Shown one piece after another: positions 10,412-21,711 of a stretch of 64,000 nucleotides of DNA; positions within the stretch are counted from its first letter, which is position 1; each line of letters starts with the position of its first letter. Source of the stretch: an uncultured Gammaproteobacteria bacterium (GTDB taxonomy: Bacteria; Pseudomonadota; Gammaproteobacteria; JAURND01). The stretch is from assembly GCA_963714975.1 (NCBI GenBank), contig CAVQQD010000002.1, positions 544,001-608,000 on the forward strand. Direction: 5' to 3'. The notes under the pieces were generated by a model. That model was not told the origin of the DNA. It made no database searches and worked only from the letters and a program-made list of their open reading frames with translations. Made by a program: the position numbers and the translations under genes.

Positions 10412-10699
10412 TGTCATCCCGACTCCAGGGTTGTCATCCCGAACGAAGTGAGGGATCCCTCGCTGCGCTCGGGATGACACCCTGGAGTCGGGATGACACC
10501 CTGGAGTCGGGATGACACCCTGGAGTCGGGATGACACCCTGGAGTCGGGATGACACCCTGGAGTCGGGATGACACCCTGGAGTCGGGATGACACCCTGGA
10601 GTCGGGATGACACCCTGGAGTCGGGATGACACCCTGGAGTCGGGATGACACCCTGGAGTCGGGATGACACCCTGGAGTCGGGATGATGCCCCGAGAGTC
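10412..10699. repeat. Family A palindrome with a 19-bp tandem array (11 perfect copies + 1 degenerate)
   Basis: Unit gggatgacaccctggagtc repeated 10471-10679; inverted copy of the unit at ~10412-10441. Confidence 0.97.
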
Positions 10700-11627
10700 A
10701 TGTTTTTTTTTCTTGCTTTTGTTCCTTTTTTTCTTCCTCGAAGTGGGGATTCGCAGTTGGTATCAAACTAATTAATCGCTTGTGATTTCCTTTCGTTTTG
10801 TTGCTCTCTGGATGATTTTGAATTCGAATATATTCTATGCCACTGGTTTGATCTTCTTGCCAGGGCAAGTGCTGATATACACTTTCACCAATCAATGGCA
10901 GCACAGGATATTTAATGATATCGAAAAACGGGGAGAAATCAAAATCTTTGGGAGTGAACAAGCGTGGGTTGCGACTCACCAGAGTGATTCCTTCTTTATC
11001 TTCAATGATTTCCGGTAAAATCGGGAAGTGCACTGTTTGAAATGCGCTAGCAATCATTGAAGAACATATTTCCTCCGTGGGTTTTAGCGCGTTATGTACA
11101 AATAAGGTAGAACGCCATTTTCTGGGCAAAACTCCCCACGGAAATAAAAAACGAAATAAATCGATCACATGCCTGAGACTATAGCGCATTCCAAGGTGGT
11201 TAATGCCATAGCCAATCACTTTTTGTGCGTCTTCGCGTGATAGCCCACGGGGGCGGCAGATGCGAATATTGTAATCTTTGTAGCGCACCAGCGAGGTCAC
11301 AATAGTTCCCCGGCCGACCATGCTTTCAATCAGCAATTGCTCATCTGGTGGCCCTTTGTAATATTTTTTAACCTGAGCTCGCAGGTGAATATCATCGATA
11401 TCATACAGGCGACCAATATACAGGGTAGAGTGAGACCACATGCTATGAGTGACCTGCTTAATAATATCACTCATGCGATTACGCCCTTCTACCAGCAGGA
11501 CATCGCCAGGTCTGATTTCAAAACGAATTTTTTCAAAATCGTATAAAAAGGCCGGTTTTAGTGGGGGTTCGCGTAAGAACCATTTGCTAAAACTAATAAT
11601 AATCCGTTGGGCAAATTTAGACTTCAT
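10698..11627 (-). CDS. Permuted papain-like amidase, YiiX/YebB-like NlpC/P60 family
   Basis: RPGDVLLV, WSHSTLYIG (His) precedes ICSSMIA (Cys), TPKDF motif. Confidence 0.85.
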   Translation of the reverse strand: MKSKFAQRIIISFSKWFLREPPLKPAFLYDFEKIRFEIRPGDVLLVEGRNRMSDIIKQVTHSMWSHSTLYIGRLYDIDDIHLRAQVKKYYKGPPDEQLLIESMVGRGTIVTSLVRYKDYNIRICRPRGLSREDAQKVIGYGINHLGMRYSLRHVIDLFRFLFPWGVLPRKWRSTLFVHNALKPTEEICSSMIASAFQTVHFPILPEIIEDKEGITLVSRNPRLFTPKDFDFSPFFDIIKYPVLPLIGESVYQHLPWQEDQTSGIEYIRIQNHPESNKTKGNHKRLISLIPTANPHFEEEKKEQKQEKKT

Positions 11628-11628
11628 G

Positions 11629-13026
<1,398 letters not shown>

Positions 13027-13031
13027 TCAAG

Positions 13032-13124
13032 CGTCGTCCTGGCATGGATACCAGGATCCAGATCATAGGGACGTGAAACTTTGCATCCTGCAGACTGGAT
13101 CCCTGCTGCCATGCAGGGACGACG
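13032..13124. repeat. CGTC-tagged palindromic doublet, family C
   Basis: cgtcgtcctggcatggataccaggatccag ... ctggatccctgctgccatgcagggacgacg; related copy at 20489-20586. Confidence 0.8.
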
Positions 13125-13173
13125 TGCTTGCAGGGGATTTTAACATAGTCCATTGAGGTCAAGACAATAAAAT

Positions 13174-13965
13174 ATGACGATTGCCATCTGTGCTGAGGAT
13201 CTTAGTGTTGGATATAAAAATCAAGCAGTGGTTTCTGCCTTTTGTGGCCACATTGAGCAAGGTCAATTTGTCGGGGTATTTGGGGCCAATGGGGCAGGGA
13301 AAACCACATTATTACAATGTGCACTTGGCTTGCTAAAGCCCGTGGCGGGCCGACTTTTGGTTTTAGGAAAGGTCCCGCGAGTGGGAAACCGGAATATCGG
13401 TTATGTGCCGCAAGTTTTGCCTGCAATCAATGTGCCCATTACGGGGCGGAGCTTTTTATTGGCAATTCTGCAAGGCAATCAATGGGGGTTACCTATAGTA
13501 AGGGCAAAGCACCGGCAGGAAGTTGATCGGGTCGTGGAACTTGTGGGCTCGGAACATTATATTAATCGGCCCTTCATGCAACTTTCAGGCGGCGAGAAGC
13601 GCCGCTTATTATTGGCTCAAGCTTTGTTGAATAAACCGAAAATTTTGTTGCTCGATGAACCCTTGGCAAATTTAGACCCACATTATCAATATGTGCTTAT
13701 TGATTTGTTGAAAAGAATCCACCGAGAGTTAGGTATCACGGTTTTACTGACTGCTCACGATGTCAATCCCTTGCTCGAGGTGATGACGCAGGTGCTGTAT
13801 TTAGCGCGAGGTAATGCGGCAATGGGGAGAGTCGAGGAGGTGATCACCAGCCAAGCCTTATCTTCTCTTTATGGTTCCCCAATAGAGGTAATTCGGCTTA
13901 AAGGTCGGATTCTTGTGATCCACAGTGCTACAGGACAACATGAAGATGCTGCATGTCATCATTGA
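13174..13965 (+). CDS. Metal (Zn/Mn) ABC transporter ATP-binding protein, ZnuC-like
   Basis: GANGAGKTT, IGYVPQ, LSGGEKRR, LLLDEP, His-rich tail. Confidence 0.9.
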   Translation: MTIAICAEDLSVGYKNQAVVSAFCGHIEQGQFVGVFGANGAGKTTLLQCALGLLKPVAGRLLVLGKVPRVGNRNIGYVPQVLPAINVPITGRSFLLAILQGNQWGLPIVRAKHRQEVDRVVELVGSEHYINRPFMQLSGGEKRRLLLAQALLNKPKILLLDEPLANLDPHYQYVLIDLLKRIHRELGITVLLTAHDVNPLLEVMTQVLYLARGNAAMGRVEEVITSQALSSLYGSPIEVIRLKGRILVIHSATGQHEDAACHH

Positions 13966-14779
13966 TTTCTTTACTCTGCCATTTCAATACGATTTTATGC
14001 GCAATGCATTTTGGGCTGGCAGCATGGCTGCGATCGTAGCAAGCTTAGTGGGTTTTTTTGTGGTGGTGCGACAAATTGGTTTTGCGGCCCATGCTTTAGG
14101 ACATATCAGCTTTGCCGGCGCTTGTGGGGCGATTCTGTTGGGTTGGTTGCCCATTATTGGCCAGCTGGTTGTTACTTTAGGCGCAGGCATTATTATGGGC
14201 AGTATGGGTCGACGTTTGAACGAAAAGGATACCATTATCGGGGTGACATTAGCATTGGCTTTGGGAGTGGGTGTGTTGTTGCTACATTTTTTTCGTTCCT
14301 ATAGCGGTCAGGCCAATAGTATTTTATTTGGTGATTTATTGGGCGTATCCACTTCCGCTTTGCGTTGGATGGCTTCTTTGATGCTATTAGCGATTTTGGG
14401 TTTGGGGTTGCTAGCGCGCAGGCTGTGGTTTGCAAGTTTAGTGCCGACATTAGCTCAGGCGAAAAGTATTTCATTAACCTGGATTTCACTACTATTTTTT
14501 TCTATCATGGCGCTAGCAATTACTTTAGCTAGTCAGGTTGTTGGAATTTTATTAGTATTTACCCTAATTGTGGGCCCTCCTGCCATTGCCTTGCAGTGGT
14601 CGAAAAATTTTTGGAGTGCCATGGGCGTATGTTGTGCTACCGGAGTTTTAATCGTATGGCTAGCGGTTTATTTATCTTATTATACTGACTGGCCAGTTAG
14701 CTTTTGGATTAGTACAGCTGTATTCGTGCTTTATGTGATAGGGGTACTTTTGCGAGGCCAGGTAGTTTCTGAAGCGTAA
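13940..14779 (+). CDS. Metal ABC transporter permease, ZnuB-like (ABC-3)
   Basis: FMRNAF, FAAHALGHISFAG, LFGDLLGV, VVGILLV; multi-pass hydrophobic. Confidence 0.9.
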   Translation: MKMLHVIIDFFTLPFQYDFMRNAFWAGSMAAIVASLVGFFVVVRQIGFAAHALGHISFAGACGAILLGWLPIIGQLVVTLGAGIIMGSMGRRLNEKDTIIGVTLALALGVGVLLLHFFRSYSGQANSILFGDLLGVSTSALRWMASLMLLAILGLGLLARRLWFASLVPTLAQAKSISLTWISLLFFSIMALAITLASQVVGILLVFTLIVGPPAIALQWSKNFWSAMGVCCATGVLIVWLAVYLSYYTDWPVSFWISTAVFVLYVIGVLLRGQVVSEA

Positions 14780-14807
14780 CTAAATCCCCTCCCCCCATAA
14801 GCTTTTG

Positions 14808-14844
14808 CATTATTCCTTCTCCCCTGGTGGGAGAAGGAATAATG
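14808..14844. repeat. Palindromic element, family B (TTCCTTCTCCC-N5-GGGAGAAGGAA)
   Basis: cattattccttctccc-ctggt-gggagaaggaataatg. Confidence 0.9.
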
Positions 14845-14869
14845 TCAAAGGGTGTATCAGGAGTAATAT

Positions 14870-15900
14870 ATGAAAATTTTATTTTGGTTAACAGGACTAG
14901 CACTGCTAGTCTCAAGTGCTGCCTTAGCGGACACCATATTAACTGGAGCGGGTGCCACTTTCCCTTATCCACTTTACGTCAAATGGGCACAGGCCTATCA
15001 GAAGAAAATCGCTGTGCGTTTAAATTATCAACCTATTGGTTCGGGTGGCGGTATTAATCAGATACAAGCTAAAACAGTGGATTTTGGCGCTTCAGATAAG
15101 CCTTTATCGAAAGAAGAGTTAACAGCTAGTCACTTAATCCAATTTCCTACAGTGGTGGGTGGGGTGGTTCCTGTGATTAATTTGCTTGGAATCCCCAGTG
15201 GACAGCTGAAACTTTCAGGTCCAGTCTTAGCCAATATTTATTTAGGTAAAATTAAAAAATGGAATGACCCAGCCATTGTGGCTTTAAATCCACAGCTTTC
15301 CCTACCGAATAAAGGTATTGTAGTAGTCCATCGTTCTGATGGTTCAGGGACAAGCTATCTCTTTACCTACTATTTAAGTCAGGTAAGCCCAGAATGGCAA
15401 ACGCGGGTAGGTAGTAATACAGCAGTGGCTTGGCCTGTGGGAATTGGCGGGAAAGGTAATGAAGGGGTAGCTTCCTATACCCAGCGGGTCAATGGCAGTA
15501 TTGGTTATGTTGAGTATGTCTATGCGGCACAAAATAAACTGAACTATGTGCAATTGATTAATCAAGCAGGCCATGCAGTTTCTCCTTCATTAGAATCTTT
15601 TGAAGCAGCGGTAAGTCAGCTACTTGGGATTCAGAGCAGCAATTTGCTGGCAGCATTACCAATAGCCCAGGTGCAGATAGTTGGCCTATTACTGGCGCCA
15701 CATTTATCCTGATGCAAACTGAACAAGATAATCCTGAAAAAGCCAAGGCAGTATTGGCATTCTTTGCTTGGGCCTATAAAGAGGGACAAGCAATGACCAA
15801 GGAATTAGATTATGTTCCTTTAGAAGATAAGGAAATTCAGCTAATTCAAGCCTCTTGGAAGCAAAATATTAAAGACAAGGCAGGAAACCCCATTTGGTAA
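14870..15900 (+). CDS. pstS: Phosphate ABC transporter substrate-binding protein PstS (frameshift near 15620-15710)
   Basis: Signal peptide, GAGATFPYP, GSGGG, DFGASD, HRSDGSGT, GKGNEGV; C-terminus in ORF 15712-15900. Confidence 0.93.
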
Positions 15901-16907
15901 CTAAATTGTCACAGCAATTCCAAACCCAGCGCCGCTTCGATCAACTGTTATTGGCAGTTGCTCTTTTCTTTGCCATTGTTTTACTCGTATTAGCTGGCTG
16001 TATTGTTTTTAAATTGTATCAGGCTAGCATCCCAAGCCTCCAAGCCTTTGGTTTGAGGTTTTTGATTAGCAGCGAATGGAATCCGGTAACCGAGCAGTTT
16101 GGTGCTTTAGTCGCAATTTTAGGGACTTTAACTACAGCTTTTATTGCGCTTTTGCTAGGAATCCCGATTAGCTTTGGTATTGCTGTATTTCTTACTGAGC
16201 TAGCTCCGACTATGCTTCGTCGCCCGTTACGCATTTTAATTGAATTACTTGCTGGAATTCCCAGTATTATTTATGGCATGTGGGGACTGTTTATTTTTGC
16301 TCCCCTTTTCGCAGACACAGTCCAGCCTTGGTTAATCGAACATTTGGGTAGTAGACCCCTAATTGGCCCATTTTTCCAAGGGGTCCCAATGGGAATTGGG
16401 ATATTAACCGCTGGAATTGTACTCAGTATTATGGTGATTCCTTTTATTGCCTCGGTAATGCGTGATGTTTTTGAGATTGTACCTGATCTACTTAAAGAAT
16501 CTGCCTATGCTTTGGGCGCCACTCGTTGGGAAGTAGTGTGGAATGTGATCCTACCCTATTCTCGTATTGGTGTTGTGGGTGGAATTATTTTGGGATTAGG
16601 CCGTGCTTTGGGAGAGACAATGGCAGTCGCTTTTGTGATTGGCAATTCACATGCATTATCCGCCTCAATTTTGATGCCAGGCAGCAGCATTTCCTCAGTA
16701 TTAGCCAATGAATTTACTGAGGCCACTGGAAAAATTTATAGCTCCTCTTTAAGCGAATTAGGGTTAATTTTGTTTGCGATCACTTTAGTGGTTTTTGTGT
16801 GTGCCAAGTTATTGACGCAGAGGTTAAAAAAGATCCTCCTCTCTCATGCCTTCTCCCCTTGTGGGAGAAGGCGCCGAAGGCGGATGAGGGGAAAACCGGA
16901 AAAAAAT
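15894..16907 (+). CDS. pstC: Phosphate ABC transporter permease PstC (no stop codon; reads in frame into pstA)
   Basis: WNPVTEQFGAL, ELLAGIPSIIYG, LGRALGETMAV, LANEFTEA. Confidence 0.93.
16849..16891. repeat. Family B element in frame at the pstC-pstA junction
   Basis: ccttctccccttgtgggagaaggcgccgaaggcggatgagggg, same as the element at ~47148-47190. Confidence 0.9.
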
Positions 16908-17753
16908 ATGACACTACTGTATATTAAACGCAGATTAGTTAATTTTATTAATCTATCCCTTGCGACCTTGGCTATGCTGATTGGCCTATTGTGGCTAAGC
17001 TGGATTTTATTTAGCCTGGTTCAAAATGGCTTACCAGGTTTCTCTTGGGCACTTTTTACCCAGATTACCCAAGCACCGGGTGGCCAAGGTGGGTTATTAA
17101 ATGCCATTATTGGCAGTTTATTAATCGTGTTTTTTGCGGTCATCATTGGTGCTCCCATCGGTTTATTAGTGGGCACTTATCTTGCCGAGTTTGGAAAATA
17201 TAGCCGATTTGCCCGCATCGTACGCTTTGTTAATGATATTTTATTGAGTGCTCCGTCGATTATTTTAGGTTTGTTTATTTATCAACTCTATGTCGTCAAT
17301 GTGCAACATTTTTCAGGCTGGGCTGGTTCTTTTGCCTTAGCATTCTTAGTGGTGCCTATTGTCGTGCGCATTACCGAAGATATGTTTCTATTAGTGCCTA
17401 GTTCATTGCGAGAAGCGGCGGCTGCTTTAGGTGCTCCGCGGTGGAAAGTAATTGCTGAAATTGTGCTACGGGTGTCGAGAACGGGGGTGATCACTGGGAT
17501 TCTATTAGCTTTAGCCAGGATTAGCGGTGAGACAGCCCCCTTGTTATTTACTGCGTTAAATAACCAATTTTTGAGCTTTAATATGAACCACCCCATGGCC
17601 AATTTACCTTCAGTAATTTTTCAGTATGCCATGAGTCCTTATGCCGATTGGCACCAATTAGCATGGGCAGGAGCATTACTCATTACCGCCTGTGTTTTGG
17701 GATTGAATATTATCGTGAGAGTTGTGTTTAAACAAAAGCCGCCAATCACTTAG
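16908..17753 (+). CDS. pstA: Phosphate ABC transporter permease PstA
   Basis: [50 protein letters not shown]. Confidence 0.93.
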   Translation: MTLLYIKRRLVNFINLSLATLAMLIGLLWLSWILFSLVQNGLPGFSWALFTQITQAPGGQGGLLNAIIGSLLIVFFAVIIGAPIGLLVGTYLAEFGKYSRFARIVRFVNDILLSAPSIILGLFIYQLYVVNVQHFSGWAGSFALAFLVVPIVVRITEDMFLLVPSSLREAAAALGAPRWKVIAEIVLRVSRTGVITGILLALARISGETAPLLFTALNNQFLSFNMNHPMANLPSVIFQYAMSPYADWHQLAWAGALLITACVLGLNIIVRVVFKQKPPIT

Positions 17754-17761
17754 GGGTTTGC

Positions 17762-18523
17762 ATGAAACAAGACGAAAAGATCAGGACGCGCGATTTAAAT
17801 TTTTACTATGCCAAGTTTCGTGCGCTTAAAAATATTAATGTGAGCGTCATCAAAAATCATGTGACAGCACTGATCGGCCCCTCAGGTTGCGGCAAATCGA
17901 CTTTGTTACGCACTTTTAATCGCATGTATGAGTTATATGATGAACAACACGCTTTAGGGGAAGTGTGGTTAGATCAGGAAAATATTCTAACGCCTCGCTA
18001 TGATTTAAATCGATTGCGCAGCCGAGTTGGGATGGTATTTCAAAAACCAACGCCATTTCCTATGTCGATTTTTGATAATGTCGCCTTTGGGGTAAAGTTA
18101 TATGAAAATTTAAGCCATGTGGAGTTAGCTGCCCGAGTTGAATGGGCACTTCGCAAGGCTGCCTTATGGAGAGAAGTAAAGGATATATTAAAACTAAGTG
18201 GCCTAGGACTTTCGGGTGGTCAGCAGCAACGGCTTTGTATTGCTAGAGCCATCGCGGTAAGACCTGAGGTTATTTTATTAGATGAACCAACTTCGGCATT
18301 AGACCCGCTCTCTACCGCTCGTATTGAAGAATTAATTCGGGAATTAAAAGACGATTATACTATTTGCATCGTCACGCATAATATGCACCAAGCAAAAAGA
18401 ATTTCCGATTACACCGCATTTATGTATTTAGGGCGAATGATTGAATACAATAAAACTGAAGTAATTTTTTCTAACCCAACAGAGCAAGCAACCAAAGATT
18501 TCATTTCGGGAAAAGTGGGATAA
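17762..18523 (+). CDS. pstB: Phosphate ABC transporter ATP-binding protein PstB
   Basis: [46 protein letters not shown]. Confidence 0.97.
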   Translation: MKQDEKIRTRDLNFYYAKFRALKNINVSVIKNHVTALIGPSGCGKSTLLRTFNRMYELYDEQHALGEVWLDQENILTPRYDLNRLRSRVGMVFQKPTPFPMSIFDNVAFGVKLYENLSHVELAARVEWALRKAALWREVKDILKLSGLGLSGGQQQRLCIARAIAVRPEVILLDEPTSALDPLSTARIEELIRELKDDYTICIVTHNMHQAKRISDYTAFMYLGRMIEYNKTEVIFSNPTEQATKDFISGKVG

Positions 18524-18528
18524 TTTTT

Positions 18529-19215
18529 ATGCAAGCAAATCTGGGCATTTTAATTGTCGAAGATGAGGAACCCATTAAGGAAATGCTTAAACGTTGTTTA
18601 GAAATGGCGGATTATCGTGTCATGGAAGCTACAGATACAACTCAAGCTGAAAAGCGAATTCAGCAAGAGATGCCGGATTTATTATTGTTAGATTGGATGC
18701 TGCCTGGCCTAAGTGGCATTGATTATGTGCAAGTGTTACGCAAGAGCGCTCTAACCGCACATTTACCTATTATTTTGTTAACAGCTCGTGCCGAAGAAGA
18801 AAGTAAGATCCGCGGCTTAGATATGGGTGCGGATGATTATGTCACTAAGCCTTTTTCACCACGAGAACTTATTACGCGCATCAAAACGGTGCTGCGACGT
18901 GGTCCTTTGGTGGAGGCAAATGCTATTTTGATGGTGCGAGGTTTAATGGTTGATACTCAGTCCTGCCAGGTGACACTGGCAGGAAGGAAATTATCGCTCA
19001 CCACCGACAATTATCAGCTGTTGCTTTTTTTTATGCAGCACCCTCGAAAAGTTATTTCTCGTGAAAGTTTATTAATGCATGTTTGGGGTGGAGATAAAGG
19101 CGCCAGTGATCGCAGTGTCGATGTTCAGATATTGCGCTTGCGCAAGATATTAGCACAGCATGGCTGTGATGATTTGATTCACACGGTAAGAGGTTTGGGA
19201 TACCAATTTCGCTGA
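18529..19215 (+). CDS. phoB: Phosphate regulon response regulator PhoB (OmpR family)
   Basis: VEDE, LLDWMLPG, GADDYVTKPFSP, winged helix TVRGLGY; follows pst genes. Confidence 0.9.
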   Translation: MQANLGILIVEDEEPIKEMLKRCLEMADYRVMEATDTTQAEKRIQQEMPDLLLLDWMLPGLSGIDYVQVLRKSALTAHLPIILLTARAEEESKIRGLDMGADDYVTKPFSPRELITRIKTVLRRGPLVEANAILMVRGLMVDTQSCQVTLAGRKLSLTTDNYQLLLFFMQHPRKVISRESLLMHVWGGDKGASDRSVDVQILRLRKILAQHGCDDLIHTVRGLGYQFR

Positions 19216-19964
19216 TGCCAATGAATAGTAATGAACTCGTGTTGACCTCTTTAATATTTTTAGATACCCAATTGCGTCTCTTGGAAAGTATGCGGCAAGA
19301 TTTTGTCGCGAATGTTTCTCATGAATTACGTACGCCGCTTACCGTATTTCATGGCTATTTAGAAATGCTTTTGGATCTGACAAATCAACCAGGTAATGAG
19401 CAACATCAAATCTTAGAGCAAATGTATCAACAAAGTTTACGCATGAGCCAGTTGATTGAAGATTTGTTGCTTTTGTCACGTTTGGATAGTTATGTCAGTA
19501 AAGATAAATGCAGTTCAGTTGATGTGCCTTATTTACTTAAAACCATTGCTGAAGATGCTCGAGTGCTTAGTCGAGAGCAACAGCACAAAATCGAACTCTA
19601 TATCGATGATCAATTAAAAATCCAAGGGATTGAGCGTGAATTAAGCAGTGCATTTTCCAATCTTATTATTAATGCTATTAATTATACCCCGATGGGCGGT
19701 GAAATTAAGATTCGTTGGTTTAAGCAACAGCATCAGGCCTACCTGGAAGTCATTGATACCGGTATTGGTATTGCGCCCGAACATATTCCTCGACTGACCG
19801 AGCGATTTTATCGAGTAGACAAGGCTCGTTCACGCAGCACCGGTGGTACTGGTTTAGGCTTGGCCATTGTGAAACATGTTTTGTTACGACATAAAGCCAA
19901 TTTAAAAATTGCCAGCGAGTTAGGTCAGGGCAGTAGCTTTACCTGCATTTTTCCGCTGCTCTAG
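19215..19964 (+). CDS. phoR: Sensor kinase PhoR, N-terminally truncated (HisKA + HATPase only)
   Basis: FVANVSHELRTPLTV, NLIINAINY, DTGIGI, RLTERFYRVDKARSR, GGTGLGL; no TM or PAS region. Confidence 0.85.
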   Translation: MPMNSNELVLTSLIFLDTQLRLLESMRQDFVANVSHELRTPLTVFHGYLEMLLDLTNQPGNEQHQILEQMYQQSLRMSQLIEDLLLLSRLDSYVSKDKCSSVDVPYLLKTIAEDARVLSREQQHKIELYIDDQLKIQGIERELSSAFSNLIINAINYTPMGGEIKIRWFKQQHQAYLEVIDTGIGIAPEHIPRLTERFYRVDKARSRSTGGTGLGLAIVKHVLLRHKANLKIASELGQGSSFTCIFPLL

Positions 19965-20040
19965 GGAGAGGGGACTACGGTATTGTTTTTAAGCTTCATG
20001 CTATATGCTGTGAAGCCTAAAACAACCGGAGATCTTTACT

Positions 20041-20445
20041 ATGATTGAAACAATTCAAAAATTGAAACAATTAAGCTTAGAAAAAACTGCAGATTTTTCC
20101 CATTGCTTTAATATGTTTATGGACCTTGCGGCAGAGCCGCAATTTGCTCAAGCAGGGCAAGCACTGCAAAGCAATAAAGAATTTTTCCAAGCGTTACTGG
20201 CGCCAGTAACTAATTTTTTTGGCGAAACTATTACTATGACTACTTTGTTTCCAGTCAGCGTCCAGCAATATCATTTAATTCATGGCTTTGCCAATCTTTC
20301 GAATCACTATATGGTTGCCTTTTATTTTTTTGATGATATTCAATGTGGAATAGCTTGTGCTTCTAAACTAGGTGAGATACGTAGCGAATTTTTTAGAATT
20401 ACCCTGATAGAAACTAGTTCTTCGCCTTCGTCGCTGCTGCATTAA
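20041..20445 (+). CDS. Hypothetical protein
   Basis: 134-aa ORF with GGAG RBS; no recognised motif. Confidence 0.7.
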   Translation: MIETIQKLKQLSLEKTADFSHCFNMFMDLAAEPQFAQAGQALQSNKEFFQALLAPVTNFFGETITMTTLFPVSVQQYHLIHGFANLSNHYMVAFYFFDDIQCGIACASKLGEIRSEFFRITLIETSSSPSSLLH

Positions 20446-20488
20446 AAATCCCTTCTCCCAATGGTTCCCTACCCTTTCTCGGCGAAAA

Positions 20489-20586
20489 CGTCGTCCCGCG
20501 ACTTGATCGCGGGATCCATGCCATTGAGACGCACGAAACGTTAACTTCCCTGCTCCCTGGATTCCAGCTTCCATGCTGGGACGACG
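20489..20586. repeat. CGTC-tagged palindromic doublet, family C
   Basis: cgtcgtcccgcgacttgatcgcgggatcca ... tggattccagcttccatgctgggacgacg. Confidence 0.8.
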
Positions 20587-20701
20587 AGGCTTTGGAAATT
20601 CACCGGGAATTGCTGGACTTGCATTGCTTAAATCGCTCATCTCAACTAGAATTCCTAATCAGATAACTTTGTTTTTAATTTTTAAAAGAAGAAAATACAG
20701 T

Positions 20702-21631
20702 ATGTCAGAACAAACCGGTAATCCTATTTCACAGCATTCATCTGGCAGCGGGTTTACCGCAGAGTTCATTCCAATCTCTGAACTTCAAAAATTTCTTCCG
20801 CTATTCAATAAAGAATTAAGCGAAAAAGTTTTTTCATACCATTTAATTCCTCAACCTTTTCCAGTCCAATTCGCATTTGCTTGTGATTTTTTTAAAGCTT
20901 TTGTTAATGGAAATCCATTACCCGAATCAATACCTAATTTTTTTGAAAAGTGGTTTGATTCTGGGCGATATAAATTGGCACATGGTGATGATTCAATTTT
21001 TACATTGCAAGATGAGAAAGGGCAAAATAAATCAAGAGGGCGCCGTGTCTTTGACTTATTTATTAAATTTGATAATTGGGGAGAAAGAGGGGTAACATTT
21101 GAAAAATATTTCAAAATTACTAACGGTTTACAACAACATCTCACCGTAGTACAAGAATTATTGAATGTTCTTAAACGTTATGACCCACAAGGTTCGCAAG
21201 CAGATGAGAAATTACAAAACGTAACAGCTGCTCCCTCATTGATTACTTCTTTTCAATGGTTGTCATCTGAAAGTCTAAAAACTCCATTTTTGCCAGAGAA
21301 AAAATTTACAGGTATGGCTGGACAAACCAACATTTCTATTCCACGGAATTTACCTGAAGGTCAGTCGTTCTCAAAGTTACCTCCAAGCTCTGAACTGGAT
21401 ACAAAAACTTCATTTTTATCAAAGAAAAAATTTATAGGTATGGTTGGCTTAATCAGCCTTGGGGGCTTGATTACCACAGCTTTAATGGCCAAAGATCGAT
21501 TGATGATCGAGGTTTATATTGCAGTCGTGATATTGGAAATTTTATTAACCACTTTTTTTATAGGTTTAACTGGTAAAAAAGTGTTAGATGATTGCCGTGA
21601 AATTTCCAGTCAGAACAATAGCATGGCTTAA
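20702..21631 (+). CDS. Hypothetical AT-rich protein with two C-terminal TM helices (candidate effector)
   Basis: ATG 20702; hydrophobic hairpin near the C-terminus; internal 15-aa duplication. Confidence 0.7.
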   Translation: MSEQTGNPISQHSSGSGFTAEFIPISELQKFLPLFNKELSEKVFSYHLIPQPFPVQFAFACDFFKAFVNGNPLPESIPNFFEKWFDSGRYKLAHGDDSIFTLQDEKGQNKSRGRRVFDLFIKFDNWGERGVTFEKYFKITNGLQQHLTVVQELLNVLKRYDPQGSQADEKLQNVTAAPSLITSFQWLSSESLKTPFLPEKKFTGMAGQTNISIPRNLPEGQSFSKLPPSSELDTKTSFLSKKKFIGMVGLISLGGLITTALMAKDRLMIEVYIAVVILEILLTTFFIGLTGKKVLDDCREISSQNNSMA

Positions 21632-21640
21632 ATCAGTCAT

Positions 21641-21667
21641 GAGATCCCTCGCTTCGCTCGGGAGGAC
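21641..21667. repeat. Family A half-element
   Basis: gagatccctcgcttcgctcgggaggac, 9 nt after the stop of the upstream gene. Confidence 0.8.
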
Positions 21668-21711
21668 AGCTGGGATGAATCAAGCATTTTAAAATCCTTT
21701 TGCCCTAATCA

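Noticed and set aside
10471-10699. CRISPR array
   Set aside because: Units are identical 19-mers with no unique spacers, and there are no cas genes in the window
10364-10701. Three overlapping ORFs with SSRLQGVIPTPGCHPDSRV repeats
   Set aside because: Artefacts of a stop-free 19-bp tandem repeat read in all three frames
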